The notes below the pieces were generated by a model. It saw only the letters and a program-made list of their open reading frames with translations. It had not been told where the DNA came from and ran no database searches. A stretch of 64,000 nt of DNA from Fimbriosthenelais zetlandica. Its lineage: Eukaryota. The stretch is taken from positions 3,100,001-3,164,000 of the forward strand of contig OZ365117.1 in assembly GCA_977030845.1 (NCBI GenBank), given 5' to 3'. Made by a program: the position numbers and the translations under genes. Below, in pieces: positions 12,201 to 24,200 of this stretch; within the stretch, counting starts at the first letter, position 1, and every line of letters starts with the position of its first letter.

Positions 12201-15200
12201 GAATTTCTTTAGGTACTTCCACTTCAGTGGGTTGCACTTCAGGTAATTTGTCTTTGTCTTCAGGCTTCTTTTCCGTGACCTTTTCTTCCTCAGGTGTCAT
12301 TAGCTCAGGTACAATTTCCTTGGGTTTTTCAGGAACTACCTCATCAGCTGGTTCTACTGGTGTTTCCGCCTTGTATACAAGCTCTTTAGGGACTTCTTCT
12401 GCCACTAACTGAGGCAACTCTTCAACTGATTTCATCAATGTTTCCTCCTGTTTGGGTTCTTCAAGTGGGATCACCTGTTCAGAAACATCTTCAAGTTCGC
12501 TTTCTTTTTCCTTACGCTGCTGGAATGGTTGGGGAATCATGCAAATCATTTGAAACTCAACACAACAAGTACACCACAACCAAATGTAGATTAGAGTTTT
12601 GCATCTTATTAAACTTAGACCCTTAGAAGTATTTGGTGTAAAATCTTAATTTGTATGAATTCTCGTCCGATGCCAGGAAGGTAAGTAATATGTGGAAAAA
12701 CTCGGTAAAGGGGGGCATTAAATATTAATGAATACACACAGATTCTTAACAAGTGAAGTGATTATAAGAAACTGAAGAATATTAGAACTTATGTTCGTAA
12801 TATCCTAATACAAAGATTCCTCAGGACCACATCCCAATAGAGTTGTCTTAGATTTGTAATAGTAAATCACTGCTGCGAAAATTAAGTATACTTTAAAGAT
12901 ACATTTTCTTTTCATTTCATACTAAACCAGAAAGATAATCAATTCCGGATCTTTTCAACCTTAAAGAGCAGTATACTTAATTTTCACAGGAGTTCTTGTG
13001 AATAGGATCTTACACAGGAACACACTTAAAAGTTATGTCAGAAAAACACCACAATGTAGCAGGCATTCGTGTCTTACCTGTTCTTCTTTGAGGACCTTGA
13101 CTTTCTGTCTGGCCTGCATACCGCGGAATGCTGCCTGAATCTTCACGGCAGCATCCTCATGCGTTTCCTCTTGTGTAGTTATCATAGTCTCCTCAGCGAA
13201 GAGTTCTGTGTTAATAGAGTAGCGTAAAGAAACTCATTAATCTATTACATAACAGCTCTCTGATCTATTACTTAGCAGAGGTGGCATATAGCCAAGTAAA
13301 CTATCCATTAGTACTGAAATGTAGGACTCAGAGTGGTATGTAGTGCATGCTGACTCAAAACATGCTGAACATCCAAGACCTCCTTTTAAAATTTGTAATT
13401 TGTTGAGAACATGCTGAACACTCCATTATAATGGTTTTTCAAAAGATCCCACAATTTAAAAACAAACATGGCAGGGAGAAACAAAAGTCTAGAACATTCT
13501 AGGTTAAAAGGTTTCAACAGGTTCAATTTCGGTAGGTATTATTTGTTCTGTTCTGTCATAAATAAAATAACATTCCAACTAGGTAAACCAACCATTTGAA
13601 ATCCAAATGTGTAACATTGAATTAATAAGGTAGTGAACTATGGTAAATGCTATATAATTGATCCTATAAAGTGTGATTTTAACATGTTATCATCATGCAG
13701 TCACTCACCATCTACAATCAACATAGCATTGCGTTCTTGCACGCCAAGGTGGTTGGTAGCCTTGACGGTATATATGCCAGCATCCTCAGGGAAGGCCTCG
13801 GGGAGGTAGAGGGAGTGCGTGCCATCCTCCTCTGCCTCCACCACATATATATCATCACTCTGTAACAATTCTCCTTCAAAGTACCACAACACTTCAATCT
13901 CAGACGTGCCACTCACGTTACAAACAAACCGAGCAGGCTCACCTTCACGGACGTGGACATCCTCTGGTGCTTGTTCGAAGGTTACTGCACCCTACATACA
14001 GAGGCAACGGTTTACAGTGAAAAATATATTCATACACATTGATAAGTAAAGCCCGACATCCACTGTACGATCTTTGGACAAACAGATTTTTTTGATCGGA
14101 AAAGATCAAAATTAAATCTTTCCTGATCATTTCTCTATTGATTTAACATTGAAAAATCGCCGCCGATCCCAAGATTTTGGCATCCACCAGCCGATCATCT
14201 GTTTTTGGGGTACCGATCGCCTGTGATCGCTTAAGATCGCAAAATCGGGATGAAAATCGGACTGGTGGATGTCGGGCTTTAATCGGTGATTGCCAACAGT
14301 ATAATTTTCAGACAATAGTCCAAATAAATGAGGCTTTGAAGAGGGTTTGGTTCCAATATTAATGAATAGCTGCCAGGGCTTCACTGCATGAAATTACATC
14401 TATTAACATGTCACTTTTTTATGTAAGTCAAATTGTATGTTACAGACTTGAATAATTATATTCACAAACGGTGGCATTATTTCATTTAAAAACAAAATAG
14501 ATTAAGAGCATTCTTCCCAAGTCAAAAGCCAATACAGTAAATATATAGACTCCAAATACCCGGAGAACAGAGATTAAATTCAGAAGTTATGTGGAGAAGA
14601 ATAAAATCATGCAATTAGTAGTATCATACAGGGTGAAGTCCTGGTTAAGGATGTGTCTCATTTCACAAATAAAAGATGTATATTAAACAGGGAAAGGACT
14701 AAATATTTAGGGAGGAGAACAAACCTCGGGAAGGCGTGAGACTCGTCTGTGTTCATGAGTAGAATGCCTTCTTTTGTTCTCATCAACTTCTGTTTTAACA
14801 TCATTTTCGTCATGTTTTGACTGAGTTTTTTCTGACGCTTCATCAGTGGATGGTCCAGAGGGGGCCTCACACCTTAAATCTACTTCAATAGTACTTTGTT
14901 CTTGATCTGCTGGACTATTACCAGCAGCACTGCCATTGATTTGCCCATTATTTTCATCAGAAGCAACAATGTTTATTGTGGGAACAGAAATTCCAAATTG
15001 CTTTGATACAATTTCTTGTTCTTCAAATGTTTCAGCTTCAGATAGTTTCCCGGGAAATACTTTTGGTTCACTTTCACAATCGTATGAAGCAGCTTCTGTG
15101 GGTATGCTCTCACTATTGTCTTGCTGTGAGAATTCCAGACAGTCTTCAGCATCTTCCTGAGCAAATTCTTCCATCAACTGTTCAGCAAACGATGAACTTC

Positions 15201-18200
15201 GGCGAGGCATATACTTGTGACCCACAGAATCATCTATGTCTGACCCTGGTGGGCTAATGTCAGGTTCTGGAGGGCAGGAGACAGGGGCAGAGTCTATGGA
15301 GTCATGCACATCAAGATCATGCGCCATGTTGTCTTTGTCATTTGATTCTTCAGAGGAGAGAGGTAGGTGAGGGTATGGTGTAGTCTTATCGGGAGTAGGT
15401 AAGGTGGTTTTAGGGGTGTCAGAGGTATCAGAAGTGGCATGCATGTGAAAGTCAGTCAGAGATAAGTCAGGAATGTGTTGAGAATCATCGTCACCTAGCA
15501 ACCCATGACAATGGGAAGCGTCCCTTACCTCAACTGTTTCTTCCCTGTGGATAAAACAAAATGAAATTAATACATTTAAACAATGCAGATACTCAAAATG
15601 TAACCAACTTGAATGTCATTATATGTATTAGGGAGGAAATCAAAACATGCAATCCTGTGGGTACAAAAATTAATGTTGAAGCCTTGATATACTCGTATTT
15701 CTCAGGCCCATAATCATATAAATCAAGAAAATGAAATGGCCAGCACAAGCAAAAACAATGAAAAAAGGGGTTAAATTAGATTAATGAAAGAAATTTTAAG
15801 GTATTAAAGTGCATTAGGCTACACAGTATAATGATTGTTATGTGGGCTAAAAGGATCATAATTAAAGAGTTAATGTGTTAAAACTTACATGCGATTTAAA
15901 CCACGTTTTTTTAGTATTCCACGAAAGTCAGAGTTTTTAGCAGGTGCAACACTTGGTTCCTGTCTAACCCTGATGAATAAGTCATCAACATTAAATGGAA
16001 TTTAATGTTATGATATAAATAAAAACCCCTCCACCAAAGAAAACAATTTGTAAAATGTTAACAGAAATATTTGAATTTTTAGAAATATTTTTCTTTAAAA
16101 AATTAGATGTAGATCTTACTTAGAAGATGATGATTAAAGAGTTGTAGTAATCATGTTAGACTTTGTTTTGTTTTTTTATAATACCCATGATCCAGAAAAA
16201 TTATTCTGGCAAGACTCACTTGGAGGTGGACTTTAATATGCTTCTGAAGTCTTTTTGTTCTGGTTCATTCTTTTTTTCAGGGATTTTCCTATTGTACAAT
16301 CAATGATAGGCATTCAGGTTCACACAAAACAGGCATTTCATGCATAGTGGATTACTTAATGGTGCATTAATTTAAAATAAAGAACAAGAAGTAAATAAAA
16401 GTGAGTTACTTACGTTGTCTGTTTAAGTGTCTTTTTGACTTCAATAGTCTCTTTTACAGCACCTAAAAAGTTCAGTAAGACTTTATATAACCAGACCATA
16501 AAGTTTAGGAAAACTTTATATTATTATACTTGAGATATAATAGGCAATATTTTTCACTTTTGGATAGGTAAACCAGTCCGTTCACAAGTCCAGAGGACGT
16601 TGTGAGGACGTCTTGTGCCTGCTGGGATGACTTGGAATCGGACTTAGCATTTATTATGCCACAAATTACTGTATATTGACTCTAGTGTGTCATGTTTAGT
16701 CTTTAACCAGAAAAGGCGACCTCTATTAACTAATTTTGAATAACATTTACAAGAAAATAAGTGGCTTGTTTTATTGTTCAGAGAATTTATGGAAATTCAG
16801 AACGAACATGGAAAATCAAGCAGTAAGAAATTTCTGAAATTTGAAGTACATAGCGTATATAGTCTCCATGTCTCTTAAAAAGTACAGAGAACCATGCAGG
16901 AGGTAGTCATGCAAATGATGTGGTGAAGAGTGGAAAGATGAAGAAAATCAAAACCGGAAGTAACTGGAAAAAATAGGCACATGACCTTGCATGACCTTGG
17001 ATGATGAATAATGCACTCAAGTATCTAACGACTATAGACAGAAATAAACTAGAATCATCAAAATAATGGTGTGCAGCATTTATAGTAGTATCGATGGAAT
17101 GTTGTGAAATAATGTAAGCTGTAAAAATGTATGAATGTAAAAACAAAATAAAGATAAAACTTTAAGGAAATGTGCCAGAAGATGGAATGTAATATCCGTG
17201 ACAAGATGCTTATGTTTTTGAATGTGCTCAAAAGGACAAAGCCAGTGCATCATCTCATAAAAGTATTTTCATGTCCATATATTTCGAGGTGTATGGTTTT
17301 CGAAACAAAAATGTTATAAAACAAAAAATTGAAAATATCAAAAACATATAATCATCAAAGGTTTTTTGATGGTATATGTATTTTTCATTAACAAAAGAAG
17401 CCTCAAGTTCGTCAGCCATGTATGAATGCAAAAGTAACAAGTGGCATAAAAATAAGACAAAGCTAGAATCATTTCAGCATATCATTCAGTGAAATAAAAT
17501 ATACTTGTGTATGATACTTCCCTTATAAAAGCGAGGGTGCAGCAATATCTAGCAATAACTTAATATATCTATCAGTACTAGATAGCGAACGATAGATAGT
17601 TCATACCAACTTATTATATCTATCAATACTAGACAGCGATAGATAGTTCATATCAGCTTTGGACTATTAGCAAATCATACCCTAATTTATACTCTCTCAA
17701 AATGTATTGGAATGCATACAACTATGTATGTAAGTAAGCCTTTATACTGTGGTCACTAGAATAGTTCATATCTACGTATTGTATGAGGAACATGTTGATA
17801 CTTACGCAATTATTTATCAACTTTACTTTACTCTTTTCAAAAAGAGGTGTTTTTATTTGTCAAAAACACTGAACAAAACAATATATTGCAGGAAACATTG
17901 TTGGACGGTTTACACAATAACAAATGGGTGGTTGAAGTTGGGGTCTACCAGACTAGAATCTCTAGAATATACCATTTTAAGAGAGTATAGATCTGCCAAA
18001 GCACTTTCCATAGAACTGTTACGGAACTTCTTCAATATGGCTTCTGCATATTGCAAGTAAACAATTTTATAGAAAAACAAACAATGTATAAAAATATATA
18101 AAATAATATAGTGTCTATTTGTGCACAAGACAAGAAACAAAGTATAATACAACATAAAGATGGTAAAGATGGTTCCTTGTTCAGCCTTATCATCAAACTA

Positions 18201-21200
18201 GGATTCTTCACATCCTTCTAAAGTCCTGGTCATGTAAAGTCCTAAAGTTAATTGGTTCAGTACACAACCCCGAGGCAAATATAATAGTGCTTTTTTAAGA
18301 TAACATCTATGTTACTATTAGTTGAATTTTAGTTTGATAATAAGGCCTGAACCTGGGCCATATTCACAGCAATCAAGTCATATACAGCATGTATTTTAGC
18401 GTTTGTTGTCAGCAGCCTCGACTCAGCTGTCATATAGAAAGAAATCTGCTGTTAACAAACTGCAACAAGTCTTCAACCATCCTAAAGTCTGGTGAAATGA
18501 TGAGTATGTCTCCTTAAAGAAACATTCCTTGATGGTTGAAGACAGGTTGACAGATAAAATAAGAAAGATTAGGTGTGATGTGGTGGGTGATATGGCGATA
18601 TAGGTTAGTAGCACTGATGAAAACCATCATACATCATGGACTAATCAAATGATTGCTTCCAGCAGTTACTGATACATTGCATCAAGGACCATTAACCTCC
18701 TCTGCTGTAAACAAAGTGTAAGCCACTCAAGGACAACAGCTCGCCATACAAGATGGCCGACAGTGTCATCGTCAGCTGCTGTCCTTTAATCAACCAAGTG
18801 GCAAGTGAACGAGTTAACTATTAAAGTCATTCAAATGCTCACTATTAGTATGAAAAAATCCCTTAGACATCAAGGGACATTTCATCAACTAAAGAACAAC
18901 TATCCTTATTCTAGTATCATGGAAAATAATGATTATAATACAAACCAATGAATGCTGAAACTTATCATATTTACAGGAAGAGTTTGTCGAGTTTTAAGGG
19001 TTAACTTACGGTTTACGATGAGGGAGACAGACATGTTGAGTTCACCGTACTCGTTGTTGGCCACCACCTTGTAGCTGCCAGCATCTTGCTGGGTGATCTC
19101 ATTAATGTGGAGCATCACAGTGTACGTGTTGTCATCCTGTCTCACTTCACTCTCATACCGTCCCTCAAGATTCTCAACGATGAATTCATTGTGTGTCCAA
19201 TAGATCTGATGAAGAAAGATTATTGTTTAAAGAGAGTGAATGCAGGAAGAGTCTGGCCCCATCATGAAGGGAAAAGCAGTGCAAAAACTGATGGCGATCA
19301 ATAGTCAACTATGTGAGAATGATGACTTACCATTGGTGTTGGATATGCGTTTATTTTAGCCTCAAATGTAACCGATTCTCCTTCAGTCACAGTCTGGGCT
19401 TTGGGTTTAGAGACAATGCTGGGAGCCATGCCTGCTTCCTTTGGTTCCTCAGGAGCTGATGAAAAACAACATTGATTGAAATAAAGAACTAAACAAATGA
19501 TAGTGGAATGTAGAATTCATCTCAGGATAAAGCAGTTTCTTGCCATAGTTCATTTAGCGATATCATATCAAATATTTCACTGATAACATTATAACATTAT
19601 ATTTCCATCATTATATCTAAAGACATTGAACTGAAAGAGTTTAAAGCTTATCGCTATCTAAAGTGCAGAAAATATAAGCGAAAGAATGAACTGAATTGAA
19701 TGGTTAGGAGAGGACATGCATATTTCTTGTAACAAATTAAACAAATCAAACCATGCTCTTACCCTCGAGTACGACCAGCTCAGCTGAACATGTGGTCGTG
19801 CCTGCTGGGTTTTTAGCTACCACAGTGTACCTGCCTGTATCCTCAGGGAACACCTCCTTGATGACCAGTGAACACAGATTATCATCATCGTAGAACTGTA
19901 GGAAATCTGGTGACGGTTCAATAAGACAGCTGTCTCTGAACCATCGTATGCTGGGCTCTGGTTTACCAATCAAACCACACTCAAACCGTGCCATGCAACC
20001 ATCAATGATACTCTGACTCTTCAAAGGTTTTGTAAACTCAGGAGCCTGTACTTCCCCATCATATTCATCTAAAGAATCTGGGGAAAATTAACAAAAGAAA
20101 ATACTGATGAAATATCTTTTCAGCCTTTCCAAGCAATGCTTGTATGCACTCCTGGTCTAAGTGATGATATGGATCATGATGTCATTAAGTAACCAAAAGC
20201 TCATATAAGGCTTTGCTCGACTGGGAAGTGTTAAAAAATAAAATTTCAGTAAAAAAAAATGACAAAAATCTTTATCCCGAGGATCTTACTTGTGTCAACA
20301 TGAATGTCGTCAATGGCCCTTGTCAACTGCCGCTCAACTAGACGGTTATAATCTGCCTTCTCTTTGAGGTAAGTACCAGGCACCCAGCCTTCCTTCCCAT
20401 TAAATGACTTCTTCACAAGCCACCAGTCATCCTGGGAGTCGTCGAGCACCTCTACCTTCTCACCCTCGTGAAGTGACATCACCTCATCTGACTCAGGATC
20501 GTATGTACTGATGGCTATAAAGTATAACCTGTCATCTCCCCGATCAGAACCACTGAATATAGAGTGAGATGACATCCCATCTGATTCAGGAACAGTCCCC
20601 AGTGAAGGAGCTGATACAGATATGTTATCACCTTCTTCAGGCTTCTGTTCAGCCACCGCTGAGTGAGTGTAGATACTCTCTTGTCTCTCTCGGCTTTTTC
20701 TGAGTTCCTTTAAGTCCGTGTCTGTACTGATTTCAGTGTGTTGTTCTAGCGATACTCCGCCACTGCTTTTCAGTTCCATCTTGATTGTTTTAACTTCAGT
20801 TACTTTTGTATGGACAGTAACTTCTTCTAATAGCTGAGATTCCTCTGTTTTGTAAACTTTGTCTGTCTCCAGTTGTAAACCAACTAGATTTTCCACACCT
20901 TTATCACCGTGAGAGAAGACCATGTCTGGTCTGAGAGTCACCTCAAATGTTGGTTCTAATGGTTCACGTTTTGGCGTTGCTCTGATCTGATATTCCTCCT
21001 CAGAATCATCAGGAGAGATGGACACCTCCTGCTCTATCTCTCGTACCACCATCTGTTTCACTTGTTCAGCTTTTATCTGATCGTTTTTAACAGTGGGGTG
21101 GGGTATGATTGTAACGCTTGTCGTTTCATAGACAAAAGGTTCAGACTGGGTTATAGTCATCTCCCTCAACCTCTCGTTAGTAAATGAAGGTTTCCCTGCC

Positions 21201-24200
21201 TCATCCACTCCCTCCATCTCACTGTACTGCCTCTGTACGTCTGTACCTTCAGGTTTCAGTTTGGCGATCTCTGCCTTCTTCTCATCTATCTTTTCAGCGA
21301 TACTTTCAATGTTGATCAACTCTTCCATTTCAGCAGCGATGACTCGGGACTCAGACTGGACGGAATCACCGTCAGATGATTCACCATCTCCAGCTTTAGT
21401 TAGTAGATTCAACTCACTGTCTTCCTCGTCTTCTGAGGAAGGAGATTCTGACTCTTCACTCGCCCAGACTTGAGGCTGGACTTTAAGAGTTGGCGACTGT
21501 GGAGACTCATACTCCACAGTCTCCATCTCTGTTTTTATTTCTTGTACCTCAACAATTTCCTTTTTCTGGGGAACAACAGGCTCTTCCCGGGCCTCTTCGT
21601 CACTCTCTTCTACATCATGAGTGTCCTCAGTAACTACATATCCAAGGGAATCTGTATTTTTCTGTGAATCTTGCATTTCTAGATCTGACTCCTCTGAGGA
21701 GCTATCTGAAGGCAGTTTGAGCCTGGGTACTGGTAGAACCACCCGGTCACTCTTCACTGATATAATCTCTGTCTCTGACACTTCCAGGTCGGAGTATTCG
21801 TCCTCTGAGATGATCTCCTCCACTTCCTTACCGTCTCTAAGTTCGTCTTCTACCTCAGGAACTTCTCGCTCTTCCTCAGCTGTAACATGCACACAGCAAG
21901 TTCCAAATGAACCAAACGTCATGCAAAAACTTCAAACCAAAACTAAGGGAATATAATAAATTCGATGATAAAGAAATAAAGTAAGGATATGTGAACATAA
22001 ACGGGATAGAATGTAATATACTATTGCTTACGTGTACATGCATTATACTCTAAAAGGGGTGTTTCAAAAAGTGAGGGCAAACAAAAGGTAAATGAAAACA
22101 TCTTAAGGTACCTTGAACTGTTAGACCAGCCTGTACATCCTGAGTTGTCTGTATGGTCATGGTGGCCTCGCCAGCATCAACAGTGTCCTGACTGATACTG
22201 AAGTTAACACATGGACATCTGGATTAGTGGGTAGGTTCTTACACTTTAATCTATTTTATTTTAAATTTAATTCAGAGGAAGGATAATCTTATTTCACTTA
22301 ACATGATCTTAAGAAGGGTATTATTAACCAAATTCATTAAAGAGCCAATTTATTTCCTCTGATTCTTGCCAAGCTGTATACTTAGCAAGCCCTTTGATAC
22401 GGCTACCAATGCCTTAAGGGCAAATGGAAATATGTGAAATTGAATATGAATTGATTTTCATTTATGTCTTGCAGTTATATGGAATGAAAATGGAAAGAAT
22501 TTTGTGCCGTTGACAGTTGAAACCATCTGATTATTTGGTTCGCTACGGGCAAAATTCGGGCCCTTTAATAAATTCAAATAAGATATTTACCTGAATACAG
22601 TCTCAGCCTGTTCAACTGCAGAAGCAAAAGAAATAAAAGGGCAAATATTATTCACTGCCATTTTCAACATTAGTAAGGGTTAGAACATTAGAAAACAATG
22701 AATAAAAGATTCAATTATTAAAACAATCCAGAACTTCAATTAAAACTTTTCTGATTATTGCAGAAGGTGTTTTTATATGTTGATATAATTTGATGAAATT
22801 TATTTCTTACTGATGTGAAAGTCAAAATTTAACTTTATTCAGTTATCATAAACCACACAAAAATGAAAGTTAATGTCTTCTGAAAAGAAAATCATGCATT
22901 AATAATATAAATGTATCTTGACATTAGTTCAAAAGAAAGATAAATAATCATTAGGGGATTGGGAACATGCCTTCAAAAACAGAAAAGAATGCACACATTA
23001 TCGCTATATATTGCGACCGTGATTTTCACATGAAAATCATTACAACTCTGAAACATGTGTAGAATACATGAGTATAAAACCATGTTGGCTACTCATGTGT
23101 TTTATCTGACAACATGATTTGATCTAAGAATAAATAGAAAATAAAAGTAGAGAACAACTTAACACATGCACTGTTTACACACCTGGCAATGCATGAAGAG
23201 TCATGAACCTGAACTCTACCAACCACATAATAATAATAATTATAAAGAAATGAAGAACTGATGTAAGAAACTTCCTACGTAAAATAAGCAGAAGTGAACA
23301 CTGAAACGCAAATCTCTTGCAATGGGCACAAACAGAGAACATGTTGATCAAGATAGCATACATGAAACAAAAAATGAATGTGGAAGACATGTCGCAGGCG
23401 CATAACATGAATGGGTTGATGTGAATGTAGGTATATTAAGTAGGATGGCAGGAAAATAGCGCGTCACACAAAATAGAGGCGCAAATAATGCAGAGATTCA
23501 AGAAGCAGGAAGATTTCTAGACTCATCAGCAGCGGAAAAGTTTGAACAGAGCGAAATAAAAGCGCTACAAATAATAGTATTAAAAACGAAATCTAATGAG
23601 GACAAAAGATATTGCACAACATTGAGAATGAAGCATACTATGCTGTGAATGTCAATGTCAGCAGTCATGCGTCAGTCATGCAGACAGGTACCTTGCTGAA
23701 TGCTCTCGGCTTGTACTGCTGTCTTCTTTGTCACTTTTACTTTCTTGGTCACGTCGGCAGTCTCCTGCTGCACAGCCTGCACCTCCATAACAGCTGCAGC
23801 TTCCTCAACCATTTCAGGCGCAATCTCAGCTTTCTGGCCAACCACTTCAGTCACTGTCTTCTTAGTGACTTTAGCTTTCTTGGTGGTTTTGGCAGTTTCA
23901 GCAGGCTTAGCCTCTTCAACAGCCATGGCCATGGTCTCTTCTGTCACTTCCGGTGCCAGTTGAGCTTCCTGAGCAGCAACTTGGGTGACAACTTTCTTGG
24001 TGACTTTAGCAGTCTCTGTCACTGTTGTGGTTTCTGTGGGTTGGACTTCATCGGTGGTAAATGTGACAGTCTCTTCTGTCACCTCAGGAGCCATCTGTGC
24101 TTCCTGGGTGCCGACCTTTGTCACGGTTTTCTTGGTGACTTTGGTTGTTCCCATTTGAACTTTACCCACATCTTCAGGCTGTACTTCTGCTGTTGTAAAG

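Noticed and set aside
9148-12412. Long plus-strand S/T-rich ORFs (e.g. 9338..9910, 9953..10714, 10793..11623)
   Set aside because: Antisense shadows of the E/V/P repeat exon; biased codon use leaves few reverse-strand stops. No splice or domain evidence.
16590-16625. GACGTTGTGAGGACGTCTTGTGCCTGCTGGG, resembling one end of a DNA-transposon family
   Set aside because: No matching inverted end or TSD nearby; family recognition from memory only.
18195-18245. Third DFR-like word (GAC TTT AGA AGG ATG TGA)
   Set aside because: In-frame stop immediately after; no donor.
22050-22075. GGGGTGTTTCAAAAAGTG (and TACAGGGGCGCTGATAAG near 60068) resembling Tc1/mariner TIR starts
   Set aside because: Single short fragments without partners.
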